A stretch of 64,000 nucleotides of DNA, taken from the sequence record NC_061442.1. One strand, given 5' to 3'. Below, piece by piece: positions 19,135-28,151 of this stretch. Under the pieces are notes generated by a model. It did no database searches, was not told where the DNA came from, and was given only the letters and a program-made list of their open reading frames with translations. The stretch's first letter is position 1; each line of letters opens with the position of its first letter. Made by a program: the position numbers and the translations under genes.

Positions 19135-20130
19135 TACTTTAAGAGACTACGTTTGATCAACTGGTACTTTGCTCTGCCCGTCGTCCAACATCACTTGGGT
19201 ATCAGAACGTTTCTCTGTTTTTACCGCCTACGTTGCGGCAAGCCGCGCACGACACTCACATATCAAGGACACTCGGCGGAAAGGGGAAGTTCCGAATGCC
19301 CTAACAACATGAGTGAAGCGAAGGAGGTCCCGTATCGGTGATCTGCAGGGGTTCATGCACGTTTAACATTCGCTTCTTTGTGCGTTAAACCCTCGAGGAC
19401 CCGAATGCCCTGCTAATCATTCCACGAGGATATTGCACACCTTAGTGAACAAGGTTTCAAGCTATGGCAGCACGTCAACAACAGCGGACACACTCCATTG
19501 CAATCTGTTAAGGGCAGAATGCAACAGGCTGTGAACAGCTTGGCCGGAATAGGTTTCGCTCGTCGCCCAACTTCACTTGAGTATCTCGACCTAGACTTTT
19601 ACTCTCCACGCGAACTACAAGGAAGTGCCGCGCTTCTGTGGCCTGCGGATGTTTATCACTCTCAGACTCTTAGCTCCTGACTAGGAATTAACACGTTGAG
19701 TCGTCCGCTGGATGACGTGTTAACTCTCCTCACCTCGTAGTGCGAAGGCCAGAACAGGTGCCGATGGAATTGTCATGAAGGAATCCCTGGGGGTCATCGC
19801 TTCCCAATGCACACAGGGTGAAAGCCTATGCACATCAGGCAGCGTCTGCTGCGATACTGCTATTCCCTATTAGAGTGGCCATAGCGTTGAGTTTTCGCTT
19901 CGCCAGTCTACGTGCCTGAAGGTACGTGCCGTGCCAAGTATGTATCAGCATGGTTCCTGCTGGGCCTTTTGGGCGTCAGCGACAGAGCACATATTCATCA
20001 CGTGGGTGCCGGGGTTGTCCTCACGATTACAGAGCGAACTCAAACCGGCTAGAGGCTTGTATGCTCAAGATGCACATACAAGTTTGCGCAGGAGGACGAT
20101 GGCCGCTATGACACATCGTTCCCTTGAGAC
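19135..20130 (-). ncRNA. Candidate large (~1 kb) structured non-coding RNA of unknown family
   Basis: Only long gap without a minus-strand gene in the window; at least 10 helices, several with G-U pairs that become A-C mismatches on the plus strand; G(CUUG)C tetraloop; AT-rich segment upstream (20131-20165) and terminator downstream. Ends are approximate. Confidence 0.6.
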
Positions 20131-20168
20131 ATATTGATATTACTATCTGCAATTTTTATTTACAGATT

Positions 20169-21932
20169 TCAGAATGCTTTTCGTTCCACATTCGAATAAT
20201 AAGTTTCGTATGGGTCAGAGTACAACTCAGGACCACGTTGAGCACGTACAGTCACGTAACCAGTGTGACGGTTGAACGCGATGATTTCGACTGTAGGCTG
20301 CTTAGGCTTAATGGTCGCATAAATCGGTGCGTTCATTGTCGGCTCGTCCTTCTGTAGCATATTTACAGATTTCAGAGCTTCACCAGTAAGCGTAGGCAGA
20401 TTGAATCTGATCTCCGCACGTTTCTGGCCGAAAGCAATCTTGATTGCACCAGCAGGCATATCGACGCCGTTCTGCTTCATGTACGCGCCAATGCGACGAG
20501 CGATACCCGTCAACTGGTCACGAGTACGCGGGTCGAAAGTACCTTCAAAGCTGATAGCTTCCGCAGGCTGGCGCACAGACAAATGCAAGCCTGTGTTGAA
20601 GTAACCCTCAGCCAGCAGACGCACAACCTCCTGCACGATTTCTTTCGTGTTGGATTTGATTGCAGCGATACGCAAATCAGGCACATCAGCCTTAATAGGG
20701 TCACGCAGTTCGGTCTGGTTATCCATGTAGCCGAGTGATACGTGCTTCGCTTTGGTATACGTGTGCTGCAACACACCAGTAGCGCGAATCAAGACGGAAC
20801 CAGACTTAGCCTGATCGTACAGTTCATCGCTGGTGGTTGTGCTAAACAGATAGTAGTCTGTAGGCACCGCCATACGATTGACAGCTTCGACAGCTTTGGT
20901 CTGCACTTCTTTCACTGTCTTACCGAATACGACACGGCTGCGGTTTGGCTGCGACGCTGATACAGGGAAGAACGCTCCGTAGACAACCTGCACGTTCTTT
21001 TGAATAGGTTTCTCTGACTGGACTTTAATGCCACCCTTTAGAGGAGGCAGCTTCATGCCCACCAGCTTCCCACTAACGATTGCTTTGTTAGCGACTACAG
21101 GCTTTAGGCCAGACAGAAGTTTCTGCAACTCAGAACCGTCAAGAATCTTCTCCAGCGGAACAGCTAAGTTTTGTGCCAGATAATGCTTCTTACGGAACGA
21201 GTAGATAACCGTGTCTTTCTTGATCTGCAACGGTGTAGCCATGTTGCGACCAATCTGACCTACAGGCTGGAAGGTGTTTTTCTTATCGTCTGCCACAGAA
21301 CCGAATGCTTTCGTGAACTCCGTCTGGCCGATGATGTTAGCAACGCGCTGATGACCACGAACAATGAAGATGATCTTCGGGTCGTCTTTCATGCGCAGTT
21401 CATAACGATCTCGGTTGAGATACGTCATGCTGTACTTATCGCCTTTCTCCAGCTCAAGATCGTATTCATCGTTGGCGTCATCGACAACAACTTTCTTACC
21501 TTGATAGGTTGCGTACTGACGAGCAGGCGCGGAGGTCGAAGCGATCTCCATAGCCTTACCTGTGTTAGACAGCGCAACAGCGAAGTCAGTCACAGCAGGC
21601 ATCAGGTCAACAGCAGAAGCAACGGCGTAGCTGTTACGGTGCTCACCTAGATGCAGATGTACGGCACTTGAAGCGGACATGAATACAGTGTTACCTGTGT
21701 CTTCATGTTTACCCGCAAAGTTCATACCGCTAATACGTTCGATGATGTTTGCGCTTAACGCAGGGAACGAGATATCGCTGCCCGCAGTGAAGTCGAAGAT
21801 TTCACCCTGACGCCATGCGTAGGCAACGTTGTTGGAGCTAAGTCCGATAAACGCATCGCCGATCTGTTTGACAGTCATCGGCATGATACTCAAGTCACGA
21901 ATGACCGAGTTTTGCTTTTGAATAAGATTCAT
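20169..21932 (-). CDS. Hypothetical protein (587 aa), probable head/virion protein with the shared beta-domain
   Basis: Long ORF with RBS; internal YATYQGKK...EKGDKY...YELRMKDDPKIIFIV module shared with three other ORFs. Confidence 0.75.
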   Translation of the reverse strand: MNLIQKQNSVIRDLSIMPMTVKQIGDAFIGLSSNNVAYAWRQGEIFDFTAGSDISFPALSANIIERISGMNFAGKHEDTGNTVFMSASSAVHLHLGEHRNSYAVASAVDLMPAVTDFAVALSNTGKAMEIASTSAPARQYATYQGKKVVVDDANDEYDLELEKGDKYSMTYLNRDRYELRMKDDPKIIFIVRGHQRVANIIGQTEFTKAFGSVADDKKNTFQPVGQIGRNMATPLQIKKDTVIYSFRKKHYLAQNLAVPLEKILDGSELQKLLSGLKPVVANKAIVSGKLVGMKLPPLKGGIKVQSEKPIQKNVQVVYGAFFPVSASQPNRSRVVFGKTVKEVQTKAVEAVNRMAVPTDYYLFSTTTSDELYDQAKSGSVLIRATGVLQHTYTKAKHVSLGYMDNQTELRDPIKADVPDLRIAAIKSNTKEIVQEVVRLLAEGYFNTGLHLSVRQPAEAISFEGTFDPRTRDQLTGIARRIGAYMKQNGVDMPAGAIKIAFGQKRAEIRFNLPTLTGEALKSVNMLQKDEPTMNAPIYATIKPKQPTVEIIAFNRHTGYVTVRAQRGPELYSDPYETYYSNVERKAF

Positions 21933-21940
21933 ATAAATCC

Positions 21941-22375
21941 CTAATACGAAACAAGGCGGAAGGCGTTCTGCTTGAGCAGATTGAGATTGCCCAGCATTAG
22001 GCTATACGCCAATGTGCCGTGCTGTTCAAGCAAACTGTCAGGAACAATAGACCCGAAGTAAATCGAGTTGTCTGGCCGAACGTTAATCTCCTCACCACTA
22101 GACTTCATTGCGTCAGGGACAACGAAGCACCACGGTTCAGCAATGTACTTACCCTTCACATACTGAATCCTATAGCCAACAGCCATGTGCTGACCTTTGG
22201 TTGGGCGGCACGAAAACACATCCGTGTTCTGGTTACGCGACTTGCGTACCGTGAACAGCGCCATAGTCAAAAAGCGTTGTTCGAACTGCGGGATGAATGC
22301 GTTATCTTCGCAGATCTTTTTCAGTACCGCCTCTTGTCGAGCTTTAGGCATCGACGAGAATAGATTTAGATTCAT
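21941..22375 (-). CDS. Hypothetical protein (144 aa)
   Basis: ATGA overlap with the tmk stop; fills the gap on the coding strand. Confidence 0.7.
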   Translation of the reverse strand: MNLNLFSSMPKARQEAVLKKICEDNAFIPQFEQRFLTMALFTVRKSRNQNTDVFSCRPTKGQHMAVGYRIQYVKGKYIAEPWCFVVPDAMKSSGEEINVRPDNSIYFGSIVPDSLLEQHGTLAYSLMLGNLNLLKQNAFRLVSY

Positions 22376-22986
22376 GACAGCCGAGCGAGAATCTGACGGA
22401 CAACATCAGAGACAGAATTAACCTCTGTGTCAATGACCAAATCAAAGCCGCCAGGCACTTCAAGGTAGCGTTGATTATATTGCTCGTACACTTCTTTGGT
22501 CTGACGCTTTTCGATGCGGTCTTCACCGCCAATACGAATCTTACGTCGCTCAATAGACGTTTCATAACTACACGTCAGAAGCACGGTCAGGCGGTTCTCA
22601 GGAGCAAGTGCTTCCCAAGTGTGCTGATAGATATGCGCGTTAACATCAGACGCACCAGCCTGATAGACGTAAGTAGAAGGATAACCACGATCGGCGATGA
22701 TGATCGTATCTGGTTCATTTTCCAGAATGCGCTCATAAGCATTCATCGTTGAGGAACGTGCAGCAAGGAAGAGCAGCAGTTCGGTACGCGAGTCCATATC
22801 CTCGTTGAGAGGGTTGGTGTTGGACAGCAGAACATCACGAATATGTTCAGCAAGTGGCGTACCGCCTGGCTCACGCAGACGTAGAGTTTTTGCACCACGT
22901 TGCGTCAGTATCTCGGACAGCGCATTACACACGGTGGATTTGCCACCACCTTCGCCGCCTTCGATTAAAATATAGGTTGATTTCAT
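22372..22986 (-). CDS. tmk: Thymidylate kinase
   Basis: IEGGEGGGKST P-loop, REPGGT, ELLLFLAAR and ADRGYPST motifs. Confidence 0.93.
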   Translation of the reverse strand: MKSTYILIEGGEGGGKSTVCNALSEILTQRGAKTLRLREPGGTPLAEHIRDVLLSNTNPLNEDMDSRTELLLFLAARSSTMNAYERILENEPDTIIIADRGYPSTYVYQAGASDVNAHIYQHTWEALAPENRLTVLLTCSYETSIERRKIRIGGEDRIEKRQTKEVYEQYNQRYLEVPGGFDLVIDTEVNSVSDVVRQILARLS

Positions 22987-22995
22987 ATTGATTCC

Positions 22996-23484
22996 TTAGG
23001 CAAATCGCCCACCACGCCATGCGGCCTTAATGAGCAACTTTGCCACGATTTCGTTCTTCATTGTCTTTCGCTTGGCGTTGCTTCTGACAAATGCAGAGCC
23101 GAACTTATTCACGACGATTAGGCCGCAGCCTAACTCTTTAATGCGACCAATGATCTTGTCGCCGTGAGATTCAAACAGTTGTTCATCAATGACGAAGTAC
23201 ATACGCATACAGAAAGGCAAATACTTGTGCCACTTCTTATCGGTGTTGAAGTCAGCCCAACAACTCTTAACCTCAGTGATAATCATATCACACTTGGTAT
23301 TAAGGCAGAATACATCAGCCCGTAAGTTGCCGTGCTTAATCAGCCCGAGTTCAACATGGCATGAATAGCGTTTGTCAATCCAGTAGCGTTGTGCAGCTTC
23401 CGTGAGAAAGGCCGTCTTATCAGGACGGCTCATTGATTTGAACACAGCTTGAAGGGGTTCAGCTTTGCGCCGCTTATAAGCCAT
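22996..23484 (-). CDS. MmcB-like PD-(D/E)xK nuclease-fold protein
   Basis: LRADV...IITEVKSCWADFNTDKKWHKYLPFCMRMYFV matches the MmcB/DUF1052 pattern. Confidence 0.7.
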   Translation of the reverse strand: MAYKRRKAEPLQAVFKSMSRPDKTAFLTEAAQRYWIDKRYSCHVELGLIKHGNLRADVFCLNTKCDMIITEVKSCWADFNTDKKWHKYLPFCMRMYFVIDEQLFESHGDKIIGRIKELGCGLIVVNKFGSAFVRSNAKRKTMKNEIVAKLLIKAAWRGGRFA

Positions 23485-23932
23485 ACGAGTCGATAATGTC
23501 CAGGGCTTGCGATACTATCGGTCGAAGTTTCTTATCGACTTTAGTAAGCGCCTTATCCGCTTTAAACCATTTGCGTTCGCGTGTCATGGCTTCGTCGTAT
23601 TCAGTCAACATGGTTTTGACCTTCATGACGAACCATTCAACGTGTTGCTCACGGCCGGTCTTGCCTTTGACGTAGCGCATGATATCTACGAAGTCTTTAG
23701 GCTTACCGAGAACACCAGCTTCTTCCATTGCTTCTTTAAGCGCACTGTCGAGCGCAGTCATTCCCTTCTCCACGCCGCCTTTTGGGAGACCCCAGTTGCC
23801 AGCGTGTGTGGTGCGAATGAGCAAGATCTCAATCGTACCGTCCTTTTTCTTTCTATATGGGATGACGCCAGACTGCTTACGAGGCTTCTTCTCGAATGGC
23901 AGTTTGGCTGACAATGACACGCGAATCTTCAT
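23474..23932 (-). CDS. Nudix hydrolase
   Basis: Nudix box WGLPKGGVEKGMTALDSALKEAMEEAGV; SGVIPYR...EILLI resembles Ap4A/diphosphoinositol-type Nudix enzymes. Confidence 0.92.
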   Translation of the reverse strand: MKIRVSLSAKLPFEKKPRKQSGVIPYRKKKDGTIEILLIRTTHAGNWGLPKGGVEKGMTALDSALKEAMEEAGVLGKPKDFVDIMRYVKGKTGREQHVEWFVMKVKTMLTEYDEAMTRERKWFKADKALTKVDKKLRPIVSQALDIIDSYGL

Positions 23933-24432
23933 AGGTAATCAAGCCCTCTCGGAAGGTCAACATCCCACGAGCCAGCGTTGTCTTTCCACAGACCCTGATG
24001 TTGCAACTCCTTATATGCGTCATAAAGAGAAACACGAGCCTGTACAGAGAGTTCGTTGACACCCGCAGCACCTAAGCTGTATGTATACATGCAGCCTGGG
24101 AAGTATTGTGTACGATTGGCTTCATGTGTGTCAAACACAATCTGTCCCTCACTGTTAGAAATAACAGCGTGGGATGCCATACCACCTTGACCGAGAATGA
24201 CGATATCATAGTCGGGGTGCTGTTTGTAGCAGCGTTGAACAAACTCGGCGCAGTCTGCAAATGGTCGAGCTACAGCAGCAGCGCGATTGCAGTTGAACTG
24301 GGCAGCAGACTCAGACAGAGAACGTGCGCCAGTCAGATTCATAGCCGAGGCAAAGATAAGAGTTGCGAGCGATTCAGGCTCAACGGCAGTGGGGAAAAAC
24401 TTTGTGCCCCACGCTTGTGATAGCGAAAGCAT
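23929..24432 (-). CDS. Hypothetical protein (167 aa)
   Basis: AAGGAG RBS; ATGA-type overlap with the Nudix gene. Confidence 0.7.
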   Translation of the reverse strand: MLSLSQAWGTKFFPTAVEPESLATLIFASAMNLTGARSLSESAAQFNCNRAAAVARPFADCAEFVQRCYKQHPDYDIVILGQGGMASHAVISNSEGQIVFDTHEANRTQYFPGCMYTYSLGAAGVNELSVQARVSLYDAYKELQHQGLWKDNAGSWDVDLPRGLDYL

Positions 24433-24461
24433 GGACGTCTCCTTATACGATAGTCTCAGCT

Positions 24462-24469
24462 AAATTAGT
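24462..24469 (-). promoter_or_regulatory. Putative late promoter variant ACTAATTT
   Basis: One mismatch to GCTAATTT; lies in a 41-nt intergenic gap upstream of an RBS. Confidence 0.45.
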
Positions 24470-24473
24470 GTGC

Positions 24474-24761
24474 TTAGTCTTCTGGACAGATAAGCACCTG
24501 ACGACCCTGTTGATAATAGCTGTCGGGTGCTCGCCCTACAACGATAGCGCGTTTGCACATAAATGCAGGCTTACGCAGAGCGACATTGCAGCCTCCGTGA
24601 GATAACACGGCAAGCGCTTCTGCTTTACAGGGACCAGTCAGACATAGCATATGCGAATAGAAAGGCTTCTGCGCCTTCTTCATCGTGCGTGATATTAAGG
24701 CACGAATACGCTCCGCTTGTTGTGTGGAAGGTGCATGACCGCAGTACACAGCGAAGTTCAT
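24474..24761 (-). CDS. Hypothetical protein (95 aa)
   Basis: AAGGA RBS, ATG start; fills the gap. Confidence 0.6.
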   Translation of the reverse strand: MNFAVYCGHAPSTQQAERIRALISRTMKKAQKPFYSHMLCLTGPCKAEALAVLSHGGCNVALRKPAFMCKRAIVVGRAPDSYYQQGRQVLICPED

Positions 24762-24763
24762 AA

Positions 24764-25459
24764 TCAGTCCTTAACAGTCAGAAGACCTGCGTAAACACCG
24801 AAGCGATCAGTGAGTGTAGCGAGAGCGCCATGCACGTCACCGTCAGAATAACTAAGGCACACAGCATTAGCATTCGACACAGATACGTTGTTCGCGCCTT
24901 CCTCGTAAAGGAAGATGGTAGCCCCGTCATGCTTACGTCGGTCAGTGTAGAATAGACCGTACGAAGTCCACGAATTAGTGCCGCTTTCCATAACATACAC
25001 AGATGCCTCAAAGAACAGGGATTCGAGATCGAGAGCATCGGTATCAATGAAGTTACGGTCTTCACTGTCAGACACTACCACGTCGAGAGTAATGAGGTCA
25101 ATTGCTTCTGGCTTGGAGCGTAACCAGATCTTCATGCAACTGTCTAAGTAGTCGGCGATAGCACAACAAATACAGCTACGGTTGTTCGGGTCACGTTCTG
25201 CGCGAGGTATAGCAGTCAGAACACGGTCGCTTATTTTCCATGAGATGTGGTCTGTTTCAAGGCGCCCGTTATGATACTCATAATCCTCGTCTTTGATCAC
25301 AAACAGGTTGGTACGCTGCATTGCAATGTTAGACAGTACGTGCTTGGCGCGGTTAATCAAGTCAGGTGGGAATTGAATCATAACACGCGCGGAAACGACA
25401 CGAGGAACGCCTTTTTCGATGTAGGCGAAGTTCATCGTGCGATGTAAAAGAGAACGCAT
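24764..25459 (-). CDS. Hypothetical protein (231 aa)
   Basis: TAAGGA RBS; contiguous with neighbouring genes. Confidence 0.7.
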   Translation of the reverse strand: MRSLLHRTMNFAYIEKGVPRVVSARVMIQFPPDLINRAKHVLSNIAMQRTNLFVIKDEDYEYHNGRLETDHISWKISDRVLTAIPRAERDPNNRSCICCAIADYLDSCMKIWLRSKPEAIDLITLDVVVSDSEDRNFIDTDALDLESLFFEASVYVMESGTNSWTSYGLFYTDRRKHDGATIFLYEEGANNVSVSNANAVCLSYSDGDVHGALATLTDRFGVYAGLLTVKD

Positions 25460-25468
25460 AATGCTTCC

Positions 25469-26257
25469 TTAGTTCAGGTTGATAGTCTGTCCATTTACAG
25501 TTACATCCTGGCCAGCCTCAATCTGAATGCCACCTTTCACATCAAGCACGTCATCGCCCTTGACAGTGATCTTACGACTACCACCAATCTCGACAGTTTG
25601 GTTGCCTGTGATTTTGGTATACTGGTTGCCTGCATCGTTCTTGGCAACACCCTTAAACTTGATGCGCTTCTTCGGGTCAGGCTTCAAGGACTTAGGCGTC
25701 ATCACAGGGTCATTCAGAATGTAGTCAGGGATATCGTTCTTACTGCCTGTGACAATCAGTTGCTGATTGCCTACGATAGTCTGATTAACATCGCCCATGA
25801 TTGTCATGTTGAAGTCGCCTGAGGTCACGAGGAAATGCTCGTTTGTCAGACGGTCGATGATAAGCTGGGTGCCAGTAGACAGACGTACACCGATACGATG
25901 TGGGTAGTTGACAAGGAACTCCGGTAACATGTCTGCATCTGTCATGCGCACGTTGGTGCTATACATACCTTCATGCAACTGACCTGTAGGAAACTTAACA
26001 CTGACTTTAGCACCACGAGTAGGGATGAATGACGCGCCGAATGTCACACCCTGATTACCGCCTTTAAGTCCTTCGAGATGCCCAACAGCAGGACGAATCC
26101 ACGGAATCATTTCATCCGCAATATCATCAGTCAGACCCATGATACGAGCACGAATCTGACCTATCTTGCGCGGGTCATTGTTGTCGATAACGATAGCCTC
26201 ATAATCCATTTGAGGGTCAATGCCTTTCTTGGCGTTCACACTGTTAAGAGGAATCAT
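25469..26257 (-). CDS. Baseplate central spike (T4 gp5/VgrG OB-fold plus beta-helix, no lysozyme domain)
   Basis: YEAIVIDNNDPRKIGQIRARI...IPWIRP OB-fold; C-terminal (I/V)xGNQT repeats. Confidence 0.85.
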   Translation of the reverse strand: MIPLNSVNAKKGIDPQMDYEAIVIDNNDPRKIGQIRARIMGLTDDIADEMIPWIRPAVGHLEGLKGGNQGVTFGASFIPTRGAKVSVKFPTGQLHEGMYSTNVRMTDADMLPEFLVNYPHRIGVRLSTGTQLIIDRLTNEHFLVTSGDFNMTIMGDVNQTIVGNQQLIVTGSKNDIPDYILNDPVMTPKSLKPDPKKRIKFKGVAKNDAGNQYTKITGNQTVEIGGSRKITVKGDDVLDVKGGIQIEAGQDVTVNGQTINLN

Positions 26258-28149
26258 TTGTTCACCCGTGGCATATACATTTCAAGACGCTCACCGTCAG
26301 GCGTACCGTTCTTGCTTGAACCGTCTACCGTACCATCTCCAAGAGAGCACAGGAAGTTACGCAGGTTCTCTTCCTGCTGGCGAATAAGCTGACTCAGGTT
26401 TGTACTAGGGCCTAAGAGCTTGCTAATAGACAGAGCATCGAGGCACTTATCAGGTAAGGCGTCTGACACCATGCGGTTCATATCATCCAGCTTATTACTG
26501 ACACAACGCTGGTTGATTTGAGGACCGTCGAGATACTCAGCAGGTATATCGCCGTTAGCGATCAAGCCGTTCACGTCATTCGTGAAACCACCCAGCATGT
26601 TCTCCATGCTGTCCAGACGCGATGCAAGTCCGTCGAGTATGCCACCCTTGTAGTTGATTGCAAGGTTGACACTCAGTTTCTCCAGAGAGTTCAGCGCATT
26701 ACATATACCAGTAAGGTACTTCGCCATGTTAAACTCTTGCATCAAGCTATTCAGATAGTCCGCACCTTCACCGTACTTAGCAGCCAGCTCTGGAAACTTG
26801 AAGGCTTCGGACTCTACTTGGAACTGGTTAAGCATCACGTCCAGTTGCAGGTTATGTTGCTGCGATATCCAGTCAATAGGGTTCGAACCGTCGAGTGCTT
26901 GTTTGATGTTCGCGTTAATCTGGAACGGACGCAGGACGTTAGCGACAGTGGACAGCGGAGTCTGGATGATGTTCTGACCACCACCAATGTTCGACGTACC
27001 CTCAACAGGAGTGAAGTTACGACTCAACAAGAATGCTTCGCTGTACATGCCACCAGAGAACACGCGAGTACGGCCGATGACAAGCCACTTGCCTGACACT
27101 TTAATATCAGTTTCAACTTCACGTTGACCGTTGATTACACCAGCAGATACTTCGACAATATCAAAGATATCTACCTCAGGACATCCGCCTAGGATAAGAG
27201 CGCGAGCTGTCTCGGTGTACGCCATAGACTGACGCTTGTTGTTGTAATACGCTTCCATGTACTTGTCATGGATGTTGATATCGTTCGTAGGTCTTGCGTA
27301 TGCCTTACGTGCACCAGCAATATCACCACGCGTGTCGCTGTTAATGTTCAGCGGGTCACGGCCCTTCACGGTCACGGTAGATAGTTCGTTCGTCTTACCC
27401 TTCGAGTCAGACCACAGCAGCTTCTCACCATAGTTCGACATACCGTTGAAGATACCGCTCATGGATTTCGGTCTAAACTCATGAACGTTATAGATAGGGC
27501 TATCTCCCGTGGGCTTGTGGTTAAATAACCAGTACGCCTTTGGTTCTTCATCAAACAGCTTGTTGATATCACGCACGACCATGCGCTTATCGGCCGTGAT
27601 AAACATCTTAGGTAGGGCTTCTTCACTTACCCACATGTGCTGTTCGATTTCGTGCGCAAACTTCTTAGGCGAGCACGTTGCAGATACCCAGCTCATGATA
27701 TCTTTCGTTTGCAGATCGCCGAAGTCTGGAGTCAAGCCGCCCATAGAGGCCACTTGTTTTAATGCGTCAAGGGAGGTTCCACGAATAGCGAAGCTACGTG
27801 TGTCGAATAGGAAAGTAGGCGCATCGAGAGCACACAACACTGTGAGCATTGGACTGCCCCCGTCACCAGATTCGCGTACAGCAAACACAGAGAACGTGAA
27901 CGTAGACGCTGATTCTGAATCAGGTCCGAGTACCAATGTTATTTTCGTGCCGTCCACAATCGCGTGGGAGGATCGTAATACGTTCGTCTGATCGGAGAAT
28001 ACAATCAGAGCGCAGGGCACAGCGAATGTGTTTTCGAACACTTGAACGGAACGAATGAGATTCGGCATAGACGGCGGTGCTTTGCCGTCTAACAAAAGAC
28101 CAAGAAAGCCTTGGTCCTTTACGCCGCCAGATGTAGCTTGGTCAGCCAT
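26254..28149 (-). CDS. Baseplate hub protein (gp27/gpD/VgrG-N-like) with C-terminal helical extension
   Basis: 631 aa directly upstream of the spike gene; IRSVQVFENTF...LIVFSD and SGKWLVIGRTRVF patterns. Confidence 0.7.
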   Translation of the reverse strand: MADQATSGGVKDQGFLGLLLDGKAPPSMPNLIRSVQVFENTFAVPCALIVFSDQTNVLRSSHAIVDGTKITLVLGPDSESASTFTFSVFAVRESGDGGSPMLTVLCALDAPTFLFDTRSFAIRGTSLDALKQVASMGGLTPDFGDLQTKDIMSWVSATCSPKKFAHEIEQHMWVSEEALPKMFITADKRMVVRDINKLFDEEPKAYWLFNHKPTGDSPIYNVHEFRPKSMSGIFNGMSNYGEKLLWSDSKGKTNELSTVTVKGRDPLNINSDTRGDIAGARKAYARPTNDINIHDKYMEAYYNNKRQSMAYTETARALILGGCPEVDIFDIVEVSAGVINGQREVETDIKVSGKWLVIGRTRVFSGGMYSEAFLLSRNFTPVEGTSNIGGGQNIIQTPLSTVANVLRPFQINANIKQALDGSNPIDWISQQHNLQLDVMLNQFQVESEAFKFPELAAKYGEGADYLNSLMQEFNMAKYLTGICNALNSLEKLSVNLAINYKGGILDGLASRLDSMENMLGGFTNDVNGLIANGDIPAEYLDGPQINQRCVSNKLDDMNRMVSDALPDKCLDALSISKLLGPSTNLSQLIRQQEENLRNFLCSLGDGTVDGSSKNGTPDGERLEMYMPRVNK

Positions 28150-28151
28150 GA

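Noticed and set aside
19141-19150. AAGAGACTAC on the plus strand resembling the group I intron R/P7 element
   Set aside because: No matching S element (AAGAUAUAGUC) or P/Q elements found, no interrupted host gene, and the helix polarity favours the minus strand.
19135-20130. CsrB/RsmZ-like sponge, tRNA cluster or tmRNA interpretation of the non-coding region
   Set aside because: GGA count is roughly at chance by hand count; no TTCGA T-loop/CCA cloverleaf; no tmRNA 5' GGGGC or 3' tRNA-like ends.
19129-20137. Short plus-strand ORFs (60-70 aa) in the intergenic region
   Set aside because: No clear RBS, non-ATG or weak starts, opposite to the transcription direction implied by the flanking terminator; not excluded but unsupported.
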